DNA of 64,000 bases from Mobula hypostoma (taxonomy: Eukaryota), in assembly GCF_963921235.1 (NCBI RefSeq), contig NC_086097.1, positions 159,776,001 to 159,840,000 on the forward strand, read 5' to 3'. Positions 12,515 to 24,704 of the stretch are shown here, in pieces. Position 1 is the stretch's first letter. Each line of letters begins with the position of its first letter. A program made the position numbers and the translations under genes. The notes under the pieces are model-generated. The model did no database searches. It was not told the DNA's origin and saw only the letters and a program-made list of their open reading frames with translations.

Positions 12515-12760
12515 CAACACGTACAAACAGCTGGAGGAACTCAGTAGGTCAGGCAGCAGCTATGGAAATGAATGAGTAGTCGGTGTTTCGCTCTGAGACC
12601 CTTCTTCAGGACTGGTAAGGAAGGGGGAAAATGCCATAGACAAAGTCAGGTTGGTGGGAAAGATAAAGGGCTGGAATGAAAGAATCTGATAGGAGAGAAG
12701 AGTGGATAGTGGAGAGTTATAGGAGAGATTATCACAAAAAATCTGAGAAGAAATTAGGTC
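12515..12760 (-). mobile_element. Penelope-like 3' tail fragment
   Basis: gctggaggaactcagtaggtcaggcagcagctatgg and ctgagacccttcttcaggactgg. Confidence 0.8.
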
Positions 12761-12784
12761 AGATGACAAATCCTGGCCTGGTGC

Positions 12785-13060
12785 ATGGGTTTTTAGGAGC
12801 ACTTTAAAAGTGGAAGGATTTAACTTTAAGAGAAAATTGTTCAGCAGAGGGTTTGTCAGCTGAAGAGTTATTGCCTCAGTGGTGGAGAGATTAAAATCAG
12901 GATTTCAAAGGAGTCCATCATTAAAACATTGTGGGTTCCTAGATGATTGTAAAATTGGAGGCAGTGACACCAACAGAGAGGGCTGAGATCGTGAAGGCGA
13001 TGTGAAAACATGGACTGAAATCTTCAACTAAAGACCTCAGGTGCTGAGTAAGCTCAGAGC
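12785..13060 (-). mobile_element. Old L2 LINE 3' remnant
   Basis: cagctgaag...gtggtggagagattaaaatcagg...gatgtgaaaacatggactgaaatc resembles the 3' region of chondrichthyan L2 elements as I recall it. Confidence 0.55.
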
Positions 13061-13329
13061 AAGGATATGTCAGTCAACCGCATCGAACTGCCACCTTTCC
13101 TCTGCTGCTCCTGTGTGTTTGTATCGGAAGTGACAGCCAGTCGTGAATAGCTGCAACTATGCCTGCTTATTCGTGACACGCTTCCTCTCATTAACACCTT
13201 AACAATGCAGTGAGTCAAGAATGTGTTTGCATTCTGAATTTCAGTGCTGCTAAATCACAAGAGGTTAAGGAGGAGGCGTTAAAAATGAAGAGTCACTTTA
13301 TCTAATACAGTGTGACCGATGGAGTTGTG

Positions 13330-13760
13330 TACATACATCTATTGATGCTTCTGGACACATCTTCAGTGATGTTCCTGGAATCATCGGGTGTTTTGGGTCT
13401 TTCAACATCTTACAACCTCCTCCAGGTGACCCAGCCGGGTCTGATCAGACCCCAGCTTGTGTCCAGATGGCTAGCTACTTATGGCTCCATGGCTCCCCTC
13501 TTTTGAGCCACAGCCATCTTGAGGCCCTCTCTGCCGCATCGGTGGTACTGCGGATGGCTCTCCTCTTCCTCTCTCCCTCGACGCCCAAAATGCTGAAGGC
13601 TCTAACTAAAGAACGGACTACGAATCCCCTACAACCAACCTCCACTGGGAGACACCTCGCTCTCCATTCAGCCTGCTGACAGTTGCTGACCAGTCCTGCG
13701 TACTTGGAGAGCTTCCTTTCAAAGGCCTCTTCCAAGCTATCTTCCCATGGGACTGTCAGC
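13330..13760 (-). mobile_element. Hero-clade (restriction-like endonuclease) non-LTR retrotransposon, 3' end
   Basis: LTVPWED.LEEAFERKLSKYAGLVSNCQQAEWRARCLPVEVGCRGF...ASRWLWLKR, then a short 3' UTR. Confidence 0.85.
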
Positions 13761-13974
13761 TAAATAACACAGATGATTTTTCTATGAAGGAAAAGTGCTA
13801 GTGACAGGTAATAGTGTTTTTTACACACTGTGGGCCTTCCTTCATTTTAGTCCTCCTTGCTCAGCTGTAATGTCTCTACAAAAAACACACCAGAGGGGAG
13901 CTAGTCAACAGTTGCCTCATCACCTCAGTGCACATTCTGTGCAGTGGACCAGCAAATGATAAATCCTCCAGTTC

Positions 13975-14670
13975 TGATGGAAGGATTGAAGGATCCGAAA
14001 GAAACTGCAAAGGATTGTAGATTTAGTTGGCTCCATCTTGGGTACTAGCTTACAAAATACCCAGGACATCTTCAAGGAGCAGTGTCTCAGAAAGTTAGCA
14101 TCCATTATTATGGACTTCAGCACCCAGGGCATGCACTTTCCACACTGTTACCATCGGGTAGGAGGTACAGAAGCCTGAAGGCACACACTCAGTGTTTCAG
14201 GAACAGCTTCTTCCCCTCTGCCATCTTATTCCTAAATGGACTTTGAACCCTTGGGCACTACCTCACTTTTTTAATATGTAGTATTTCTGTTTTTCGCACA
14301 ATTTTTAATCTATTCACTATGTGACACTGCTGAACCTCTCATCACAGCGCTAAGCAGTATTGCATCCATATTGTACTGTCTCAGTATTTTTATATTTGTG
14401 TGCTGTTGCACTTTTTTTATTCAGAGCTATTTTGTAAATAACACTATTCTTTGCATTTCTGGTCAGATGCTAAATGCATTTTAACTGTACTCGGCACAAT
14501 GACAATAAAGTTGAATCTAATCTAATCTAATCTAATAAGTATACTGTAATTGATTTAGTTATTTATTTATTATTATTATTTTATTTTGTGTTCTTTTTTC
14601 TTCTATATTATGCATTGCATTGTAGTGCTGCTGTTAAGTTAACAAATTTCATGTCACATGTGATTCTGAT
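13975..14670 (+). mobile_element. Rex1/Babar 3' fragments, including a nested tail with (AATCT)n
   Basis: cacccagggcatgcacttttccacactgttaccatcgggtaggaggtacagaagcctgaag; gacaataaagttgaatct(aatct)n at 14500-14535. Confidence 0.8.
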
Positions 14671-15796
14671 TGAGATTTTGACCTAAAGCATTCACTCGGT
14701 TTCTCTTTCCACAGGTTCTACCTGACTGCTAAGTGTGTCCCACAACTGCTATGCTTGTTTTACATTTCCAGCATCTATAATGAACAGCAGAAAATAGGAG
14801 CAGGAGTAGGCCAATCAGACTCTCAGACCTGCCCTGCTTTTCAATTGATCATGGCTAATTTATGCTGGCCTCAACTCCATTTCCGTAGCAGTTCTATCAA
14901 ATATTTATCCACCCTCACATTAAATACATCTAATGGTTTGGCCTCCACCACTGAAGTGGGAGAAGTGGATTTGGGTTTCAGAGTTTATTGCAAATTTAAG
15001 TCTGATGTTACATGACCTGCTAGTTTGAAAGCAGACCTTCCTCCTCATAAACACAAGATATTTGCCATTGCTGGAGACCTGGAGCAACACATACAAAATG
15101 CTAGAGGAATTCAGCTAGTCGGGCAGCATCAATGGAATTCAATAAACAGTCAACATTTTGGGCTGAGACCCTTCTTCAGGTTTGGAAAGGAAAGGGAAAG
15201 AAGCCAGAATAAAAAGGTGGGGGAAGGGGAAAGAGTTAATCAGTGAAGCTAGGTGGGTGGGAAAGGTAAAGAGCTGGCGAAGAAGTATCTGATAGGAGAG
15301 CAGAGTGGGCCATTGCAGAAAGAGAAGGAAGAGGGGGTCCAGCGGGATGTGATAGTCAGGTGAGGAGAAGAGGTAAGAGGCAAGAGTGTGGAATGGAAGA
15401 TGGGGATGCAGGGAATTATCAGAAGGAGAAATTGACGATCATGCCATCAGGATGGAGGCTAACTAGCTGGAATATGTGGTGTTGCTCCTGCAACCTGAGA
15501 GACGCATGATCTTGGCAAAAGAGGGGGCCGTGGACAAACATGTCGGAACAGGAATGGGGATAGGAATTAAAATGTCTTTGGCCACTGGGAAATTTTGGTT
15601 TTGGTCAATAGAGCAGAGGCAGTCGACAAAGTGGTGCCTAATTTACATCGGCTCTTACCAATGTAAAGGAGGCAGCATCAGGAGCACTGGATACAATAGA
15701 TAATCCCAACAGATTCGCATCTGAAGTGTTGCCTCACTTGGAAAGACTATTTGGGCTGCTGAATGGAGGTGAGGGAGGAGGTGAATGAGCAGGTGT

Positions 15797-17035
15797 TGTC
15801 ACAGTGGCGGGGCATTGGGAGCTAGGGTATGGACTCCGAGCCCGAGACTGGGCAAGGACCCAGTACCTGGGTCTTGCCTCGGGCTTCCAGTACCTGGGTC
15901 TTGCCTCGGGCTTGGACCCCAGAACCAGACATGGACATGACATGGGCTAGGGAGAGGAGGAACATGGAAAACAGAGCCTCGGTCTCGGGAGAGCAGGTAC
16001 ATGGAACCATGGACACATACACAGAACAGAGAGCTGGGACCGCTCCTTGGGTACAGGACATAGGGCCGGGACTCACACACAGAACAGAGAGCCGGGACTC
16101 CTCCTTGGGTACAGGACATAGGGCCGGGACTCATGACCCTCCGCGGGGCAACAGCAGGACGTCCTGACTTACCCCACGGAGGCAAGGACAAGACAAGACA
16201 TGACTCCCCACGGGGCAACGGCAAGGCGGCCTGACTTACCCCACGGAGGCGAGGACAGGACAAGACAAGACCAACACGAATGGACACCAGACAGTACCTC
16301 TCTAGCTCCGGTGATGGAACTAGACCGAAGTGCAGGCGGGGGCTGCAGACGAGGGCTAGAGGTGAGAGGGGCAGAGAAGGGATTCAGACAAAGGGGTAGG
16401 ACAGGAATCACAGACCGCCAGGGCCAGGACATGACTCAGAACTGGGAAGCCGCCAGGGCCAGGACATGACATGGTACTTGAACGCCGACAGGGACAGGAC
16501 TTGACATGGTACTTGAATGCTGCCGGAGCCAGGATGTGGACATGGTACTTGCATGCTGCCGGAGCCAGGACGTGGACGTGGTACTTGGATGCCGCCGGAG
16601 CCAGGACGTGGTGCTTGGGACCTCCGGGTAGTGCCGAGCTCTCGACTCGGCCCGGGAACAGTAGACAGCGGCTCTTGATTCTCTCTGGCGGGTTAACTGA
16701 TGGACCCATCTTGATGAGGAAACTTTGCAGGCTCGCTTTGGCGAGGTAACTGGACAGGGTTACTCCGGTGAGGAAAGGCGAATTACCGGCACTCGCTTCG
16801 GGTGGAGACAAGGCTTGCTCCGGCCAGATGACATTGGCACGCCGTGACCTTGCAGACTTTGCAGATGCTCCCGCACCAAACAGCTGAAAGCTGGAGACTA
16901 TAAACTATTGGTTCAGCTGAGAGTTAATTGCCTCTAATCACCAAAGTCGAGGGACACGGGAAAATAGGGAATCAACGATCCGGATCGTAACATAAACAAG
17001 CTAAATTTAAAGGGACCCCGATCCGGACCCTGACA
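15797..17035 (-). mobile_element. 1239-bp solo LTR (Gypsy-type) rich in internal tandem repeats
   Basis: Termini TGTCA...TGACA; 5-bp TSD ggtgt at 15792-15796 and 17036-17040; removing it restores the PLE sequence; orientation inferred from CCAAT and TATA-like motifs near 16899-16911. Confidence 0.8.
16460..16615. repeat. Tandem repeat, about 36-bp unit, 4 copies, inside the solo LTR
   Basis: Unit ggacgtggacatggtacttgcatgctgccggagcca; further duplications of 27 bp (15860-15915), about 60 bp (16013-16132) and about 68 bp (16133-16268). Confidence 0.9.
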
Positions 17036-17400
17036 GGTGTAGCACTTTGGCTGCTTGCAGGGATATGTGCCTGGTGGGAAATTAGTAGGGAGGGATGAAT
17101 AGACTGGAGGAATCATGGAGGGAGTGACACCTGCAAAAAGCAGGCGATGGGGGGGAAGGTAAAGATGTGTTTGTTAGTAGGTTCCCTTTGAAGCTGGCAG
17201 AAGTTACGGAGAGTGATGTGTTGAATGTAAAGGCTTATGGGGTGGTAGGTGTGGGCAAGAGAAAATCTAGCTCTTTTAAGGCAGTGGAAAAATTGAGTGT
17301 GTGCAAATGACCAGGAAATGGAAGAGATTCGGGTCAGGGCAGCATTAATGGTGGAGGAAGAGATACCCTGTTCTTTGAAGAAGGGGGACATCTCTGATGG

Positions 17401-17645
17401 AGCGAGATTTGCAATTTTCCAGTCCTCTGGCACCATGCCAGAATCTAATGATTTTTGAAGGTCTAATGCCTCCACAATCTCTACTGCTACATCTTTTAGA
17501 ACCCAGGGGTGCAGTTCATCTGGTGCAGGCGATTTATGCACCCTTAGGTCTTTCAGCTTTTTAAGCACCTTCTCTCTTGTAACTGCACCCACTTCTCTTC
17601 TCTGGCACACTGCTAGTATCTTCCACAGTGAAGACTGATGCACAG
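17401..17645 (-). mobile_element. Internal CR1 ORF2 fragment nested in the old PLE
   Basis: LKKLKDLRVHKSPAPDELHPWVLKDVAVEIVEAL...SLDSGMVPEDWKIAN. Confidence 0.85.
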
Positions 17646-18515
17646 TAAGAGGAAAGCTTTATCTTGGGAACAAATGCAGCAGAGACAAAGGAGCTGAGAA
17701 AAGGCATTCGTGTTTTTACAGGAAACTGGGAAAAGTTATAATCAAGATAGTCATGGGAACCAGTATATAAGATTTATAAAAGATGTTAGTAATCAGTTTG
17801 TTTCCAGACATAGAGACAGAGATTGTGAAAGGGAAGAGAGAAATGTCAGAAATAGACCAAGTGATCTTAAGGGCAGGGAATAAATTGGATGCAAAGTTGA
17901 TGAAATTGACAAGCTCAACAGGGATGCATGAAGTCATTAATGTAGCATAGGACGATTTGGGGAGCATTGCCAGGAAAGGCTTGGAACATGGACTGATCTA
18001 TATAGCCATCAAAAAGGCAGGCTTTGCTGGAGTTTATGAGGGTACCGATAGCTATCCCATGAGATTAGGGAAAGTAGGAGGAGCCAATTAAGAAATTGTT
18101 TAAGGTGAGGACAAGTTCGGCTAGATAGAGGAAAGTGGTGGTGGAGGGGAACTATTTGAGTCTTTTCTTAAAAAATAAGCGGAGAGCTTTAATGCCCTCT
18201 TGATGGGCGAAGAGATGCATATGGACTCGACATCCATGGTGAAAGTGAGGCAATCAGGGCCATGGAATTGAAAGTTGTTGAGGAGACCATGAGTGTCCCG
18301 AATTTAGGTGGTTAGGGACTGAACCAAGGGGGATAGAATGGAGCTAATCTATGTAGACACGAGTTCAACGGGGCAGGAGTAGGTAGAGACAATGGGCCTA
18401 TCTAGATAGTCAGGTTTGTGGATCTTGGGTAGGAGGTAGAAGTGAGCAATGAGCAATGGGAACTACAGTATGAGTTCCATGACAGTGGATGGGAGTTCTC
18501 TCACATTGATGTGTA

Positions 18516-19808
18516 ATGTATTGTGTGAGTATTCGTAGCATCAGAGTGCATATGACGTCCGGATGTGGAAAAGTGCAATGTGCTACGTTTCTGCACGTAG
18601 TGGGAGAAGAGGCAATAAAGGTTTGCAACACGTTTGTCTTCCAAGATGATGAGCAAGAAAAAATTGAAGTGTTGAAAAGGAAGTTTCAAGATTACTGTGA
18701 ACCGAGAAAAAACTTACCGTTCATCCGACACCGGTTTTTCACGAGGGCTCAAGGACCAACGGAGACCGCAGACACCTACATAACAGATTTAAAGAGCAAG
18801 GCAAAAGCCTGTGCGTTCGGACAACTGCATGATTCTTTAATACGTGACAGGATTGTATGCGGCATACGAGATCATCAAGTGAGAGGCAGGCTATTGAGAG
18901 AGGCAGATCTTACATTAGAAAAGGCGATTGATGTTTGCCGTGCCAGCGAGATCACGTCAAGTCAGGTCAAAGTGCTCAATGAAGAGGTTGAAGTGCACAA
19001 AGTAAAAACTGTGAAAACTAACAAGAGTAGGATAAAGCCAGCTCCACAGGATGATCAAAAGGAAGTTAATTGCAACAGGTGTGGTTATAAACATGGATAC
19101 AGAAAATGTCCAGCCTTTGGTCAGACATGCAAGTTATGCCAGAAAAGAAATCACTTTGCAAAGATGTGCAAATCAAAGGAGCACGCAAGGAAAATGCATG
19201 CTGTGGAAAAGAGTGAGGGCAACAGTGACATATTCATTGGCACAGTTGAAGTGGAACAGGAGGTATGCATCAAGAATATTGACAATGCAGAGATGAAGCA
19301 TGAAGATGATTGGACCCAAGATCCGATAATAAACAGGAGGAAGGTGACATTTAAGCTTGACACTGGGGCAAAATGCAATGTAATGTCGGCAGAAATATTC
19401 AACTCACTGGACATCAGAGGAAGACTGGAAAAATCCACCTGCAAGCTTGTTGCATATTTCGGCCACAAGTCGGCGCCACTGGGCAAAAAAGCACTCACTT
19501 GTGTGTACAAAGGTCAACAATACAAGATCGAGTTTGAAATAGTGCAGCAACATGTTTCAGCAATACTGGGCAAAGCAACATACACAAAGCTAGGCCTGGT
19601 GAAGCGAATCTATGGTGTTGAAAAAGAAAATGACATTCTCAAAGACTTTGATGATTTGTTTTCTGGATTAGGATGTTTACCAGGGAAACACCATATCAAG
19701 ATTGATCCAACTATTGCACCAGTCGTGCATGCCCCAAGAAAGATTCCAGTAGCTCTCAGGGATCGAGTAGTGGAGGAGCTACACAGAATGGAACAGAGGG
19801 GGTCATAA
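18516..19808 (+). pseudogene. Gypsy Gag-protease ORF (430 aa) whose first ~20 codons come from the LTR
   Basis: Gag DSLIRDRIVCGI..RLLREADLTLEKAID, zinc knuckles CNRCGYKH and CKLCQKRNHFAKMC, protease FKLDTGAKCNV; 1-nt frameshift into RT near 19800. Confidence 0.9.
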
Positions 19809-19834
19809 CAAGACAAATAGAACCGACCGACTGG

Positions 19835-20623
19835 GTGAATAGTGTGGTGACAGTGGTCACAGAAAAAAAGATGAGGATTTGCATGGATCCACAAGATCTC
19901 AACCAAGCCATCAAAAGAGAGCACTATCCGCTGCTCACAGTTGAAGAGGTTGTCTCCTGCATGCCTAATACAAAATACTTTTCAGTATTAGATGCAAATC
20001 AAGGCTTCTGGCAGATCAAGCTGGATGAAGAAAGTTCCAAATTATGTACTTTCAACACGCCCATTGGGAGATATCGTTTCCTGCGTCTACCCTCTGGGAT
20101 TTCTTCTGCATCAGAGGTATTCCAGAGATCCGTGGCACAAATGATTGAAGGCCTGGACGGAGTGGTCAACATCATTGATGATTTGCTGATATGGGGTGAC
20201 ACAATTGAGGAACATGATCAGAGACGGAGGAAGCTCCTGGAGAGAGCACGTGAGTACAACCTAAAACTGAACAAAGGTAAATGTAATGTCAGAATACAGA
20301 GAGGGGACACTTGGCAACCAGCTGTGGTCGTGAACAGACATCAGCAACCAAGATCCTTCATAGTTCGCACACCGGATGGAAGAGTCTACAGGAGGAACAG
20401 GAAGCATCTGCTGAAGACAGGCGAGAATGAGTTTCCACGTACAGATGCACAGGACATTTCCACAGATACAGATATGGAAACAAACGACACCAAGAGTGTT
20501 GCAGACCCCAAAGACACAGGGGTCACTCGAGAGACTGACACGGATGAAGGTCAAGCACAGTCACAGTTGTATCACACACGGTCTGGGAGACAAGTCAAAC
20601 TTCCAGCTAGATACAGAGACTAG
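19835..20623 (+). pseudogene. Gypsy RT joined in frame to the integrase C-terminal tail (RNase H and integrase core missing)
   Basis: RICMDPQDLNQAI, FSVLDANQGFWQI, CTFNTPIGRYRFLRLP, NIIDDLLI, LKLNKGKC then directly VRIQRGDTWQPA..PRSFIV..YRRNRKHL. Confidence 0.9.
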
Positions 20624-21122
20624 ACATACAGTTTGAGGCAAAGTCACACATGTCATAAGTTCCAAGGTGTGAAATAAAAGGTTTATTAGTCTATGTTAGT
20701 AAAAGAAAATACACTGCTGTTAGTATTGTAAAATACAATGCAGAATACAGTACAAGAAGGTAAGATTTTTTTAGTTTATGTCAGAGTTGTTGCACTGTAA
20801 GAAGGACATACCTAGAGGCATTGTTTTGGTAATTCACAGTGTTGTAAAAAAAATCTTGAGAAGGGGGATGTAATGTATTGTGTGAGTATTCGTAGCATCA
20901 GAGTGCGTATGATGTCAGGACGTGGAAAAGGGTTTAAAAAAAAATGGAAGTCTGGTGAATAAAGGTTGGTTGTTCAATCTACACCGGTGTCCGAGTCACA
21001 TAAATATTACAGATGAAGTTAGTGATGTTGTTGGAAACGATTTGTTGATAATCTGGAGTGGGGTCATTTCAAGAGGCAAGTAAGAGGAGGTGTCTGAGAG
21101 TTGGTGCCTGGCCAAAGCAAGG

Positions 21123-21390
21123 TAAATTTCAAAGTAAAATTTATTATCAGAGTACATACATCTTATCACATACAACCCTGAGATTCTTTTTCCAGCTGGC
21201 ATACTCAGCATATCTATAGAACAGTAGCTGTATCCATGATCAATGACCAACAAACTGGGCAAATGCAAATATAAATAAATAGTAATAAATAATAAGAGTA
21301 TGAAATAACAAGATAAAGAGTCCTTAAAGTGAGGTCATTGGTTGTGGGAGCGCCAGAAATTGAATGAGTGTGGTTATCCTCTTTTGTTCA
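21123..21390 (-). mobile_element. Rex1/Babar 3' UTR nested in the old PLE
   Basis: Reverse complement of the tail at 51960-52065 (ctcagggttgtat...aataaatttactttgaa). Confidence 0.8.
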
Positions 21391-21949
21391 GTCTGCCACC
21401 ACTACAACAGCACCCATTTTGTCTGTGTTTCCAGAATGGGATCCTTCTTCCTCATTCTGATCATCTTCTTTCTCTCTTTCTCTGCCTTCTCCTCTCCTTC
21501 CCTCTCCTTCCTCTTTTTTTCCCTTTTCCCATAGCCTCCTTTGCCTAATGCCGAATATCAGCTGCTCAAATAGTCCTGTGCAAAGTTGAGGATGTGTTGC
21601 TCACACTGCTCAGAAAGTCAAGCGCGGAATGCTATTTGCCGGCATCAAATCAGCACAAGGCAACTGATGTCAATCTTTTGGAAGATACTTTATTATTTGT
21701 TGATTTATTTATGGTAATATTATTTTACGTGTGGTGTGTGAGTTATATGGACTGTATTGTTTCGTTTGGCAGTATACATGCATGTGGTCAAATGACAATC
21801 AATGAACTTGAACTTGATCATCATCACCCACCCACAGTGTAAGTTGTTAGCATGTGCATACACCACCTACCCTGCTAAACCAGCATGTATAGTACCTGCA
21901 TAGGAAGTACCAAGAATATCCAGTCAACTAATTAATACCTAATTGATAC

Positions 21950-23000
21950 CTCAAGATTCAAGATTGTACAGTATCATTTCCAGTACACAAGTGTAAAGGA
22001 GAACAAAATAATTGTTAATAATCCTTAATAAATTCAGGATTCAGTGCAGCATTTAAAAAACACACTGAGACAAAGAACACAATAATAAAAAACACAATAA
22101 ATATAAATATTTATATAATAATAATAATAGCTTACATACAAGTACATAATGTGATGCTAAGTAGAGGAGTGTCTGTACATAAGGTGACTGACAGGAAATG
22201 ATAAAATAGTGGTGGTGGGACGTGTGGTGGGGTGGGTTAGTCAGTGTGGGTATTGATCAACCTCACTGCTTGGGGAAAGTAACTGTTTTGTGCCTGGGTT
22301 CTGACATGGATGCTACGTAGCCTCCTCCCTGGTGGGAGTGGGATAAAGTGTCCATAAGCAGGGTGGGTGAGATCCTGCATGAGTTTGCCGGCCCTTTTCC
22401 AGCACTTTTCTGAATACACAGTATATCCTTGAGGGCAGGCAGGCTGATGCACGTGGGAGGGGGGAACTGGGGGGACTTTGGGGTTCTCATGTTTTACTGG
22501 GGTTCATTCTTTGGGGCATTTCTCTGTTTTCATGAATGGTTTGTGAAGAAAAAGCATTTCAGGATGTATATTGCATACAGTTCTCTGACATTAAACTTGA
22601 CCTTTCAAAGTTTGAACCATTGTAAAGCCTTCCTGTCTGCCGCACTCAGTTTGCAGCATGTTAGGATGCTCGCTACTGAGCATCTGTAGGAAGTTGTGAG
22701 TATAGATGTGCATAGTCCATCTCTCTTCAGCCTCCTCAGAAAATACTAGCATTGGTGATTGTGTACGATGTGTTCTGGGACCATGAGAGTTTGTGTGAGG
22801 TCAACACTCCCAGGAGTTTGAAACTATTCATAGTTTCTGCTGCTGTGCCACCAATACAAAGAGGCATGTGAGTGGTGTGTGTTCTCCTGAAGTTGATAAC
22901 CATCTTCTTTGTCCTGATAACATAGAGGAAGACATTATTTGTTCGGCACCAGGCCTCGAGCTCGTCCACCTCCTCTCTGTAGGCCGTCTTATTGTTGTTG
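21950..23000 (-). mobile_element. Rex1/Babar LINE 3' part, with a short + strand repeat tail nested at about 22455-22610
   Basis: LEAWCRTNN...TKKMVINFRR..FKLLGV and QDLTHPAYGHFIPLPPGRRLRSI..NSYFPQAVRLIN; the nested piece matches 44430-44585. Confidence 0.85.
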
Positions 23001-24704
23001 CTATGAGCTCATTATGTGAAGAGCCAATTATTATAAGCTCATTATCGAGGGCCCACTTCATGGTCAGTGAGTGTAAAGGCAGAGGATACTTTCCCACCAC
23101 TAAATGGGTCAGCTAAAAATGCTGATTGATAGTAATTGGCAAACAAGCCAAAAACAAGACTTTCATTTATGTAGCATGTCATTGTAATCAGTGATAATAA
23201 TAAATAATAATAATAATAAACTGACTTTACATTTGGCAAAAGCAGATTCAACATTAACTTTCAAAGGGGATTTGGGAAAATACTTGAATAATGTAGATTA
23301 TGTGGGAAGACTGGGACTAATTGGATAGCTCTCTTAAAGCTCACAAGGTTATGATATAGTTTCCAACTGTCCTGTATATTCAATGATTCACAGTAATACT
23401 TCTGTTAGAATTATTACTGTTATTTGAGCCAAATTACATTTGTATGTGAGACAGGAAATACGGATCAAATGCATACGTTATCACAGCTATTCTTTACCTA
23501 ATTTTACATCTACTCATGGAACTGCCTCTTGAGCCCCTTCATATAGCAGGTAAAAAAAGTCCTGTGCTCTCAAGTCCTATTTTTATCTGATTCTGTATAG
23601 AAAATAAGGTAAACTCATGTTTACATTTGCAAAATCAGTTGATATATTCGTTAAATCAGAGAGAGAGGAGTATTGTGCAGGTACATTAATTGAATGGGTG
23701 TGTGTATTTACAGGAAATCTTGATCATTGCAGGTTCTTGCTGCCTGTTACTTTTCTGACCGCAATGAAAAGCAACTTCTAGGTTCAATATGCAGACATGA
23801 TGTCACATGGCAAACACAGTTCTCTTGCTAAATGCTAATCGTTAAATGCACGAAAAGATTCAGTCCACAATGAAAAATGAAGTTACACAGCACAGGCTAA
23901 AACTAGACTTCAGAAAAGAAATATAATTATAATGATAAAGAAGGACTTGCAAATATTTAATAATTGAGATGGATTTACTTTGCAACAGTTAATAACAAAA
24001 TGGCTTAATTAAAGCAAAAAGTAAGGTTTTTTTATTTATCCCAGATGTGAGTAAGCAAGATGAATATGACTTCTTAATCATATTGTTGAATTAATGTCTT
24101 CTGAAGTGACCTGCATCCAAGGTAGTTCTAGAATAGTAATTAAATACCAAAAAAATCTGCTTCCTATCAATACTTTAAAAAACTTGCTTCTTGTTCTTCA
24201 TTTACAGCCTTACAACAGGTCAGAATCTCCCAAAGCAATGAGGTAATCTCGCTGTGAATTCAGAGAAGGAGAGAGAGGAAATAGTTGGGTGTTTTCTTGT
24301 CAAAGGTAGCTGTATTTTGGGAAATGTTTCTGAGCAAAAGTTGCAAGTTCAACCAAAAGGAATGAAGATTGTTCCATTCAAGTAGAAATGGCAGAACATC
24401 ACATAACAGTGCTGACCCAAAGAAGCTGAAAATAAACATTTGGCCATCTTACTTTGTTGAGAGTCTTCACTTCTGTTCTGCAATGAATTGCTTTGCCTCT
24501 AGGATAACCCCAAGTGTATAAAAACTGAAATGACCACACCGGAGCTTGAAGTATCTGATTTACAGTGGAGTAAGTTACGTCCTGGGCTCCACAATTCACA
24601 AAAATACTTCTCTCTCTCTCCACAATTAAATACATAATCAACTCAGTTAAATGCCATTTATTTTCACAAAGGCAATGGCATATTTTGAAAACCAAACTTA
24701 CCAA

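Larger units (their letters stand above)
18512..21011 (+). mobile_element. Ty3/Gypsy LTR retrotransposon (Mag-like gag), internally deleted provirus
   Basis: 3' LTR 20869-21011 (TGTAAT...ATTACA) preceded by PPT gagaaggggga; partial 5' LTR 18512-18573; 4-bp TSD gatg at 18508-18511 and 21012-21015. Confidence 0.95.
15085..21430 (-). mobile_element. Old, long Penelope-like element broken by four nested insertions (pieces 15085-15796, 17036-17400, 17645-18511, 21012-21122, 21390-21430)
   Basis: Collinear motifs on the - strand: TDK.GAVVV, YLALARHQLSDTSSYLPL, LVNFINFASNLFPALKITWSISD, PPGTYPCKQPKCYTC, then the 3' tail. Confidence 0.85.

Noticed and set aside
16460..16615. 36-bp repeats as a CRISPR array or a repeat-protein gene
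   Set aside because: Units are head-to-tail with no unique spacers, lie within a TSD-bounded LTR in eukaryotic DNA, and no cas genes are present
24208..24242. 35-nt exon candidate (ttcatttacag...gag|gtaatc)
   Set aside because: Weak donor, no recognisable peptide, and the context resembles a decayed SINE tail
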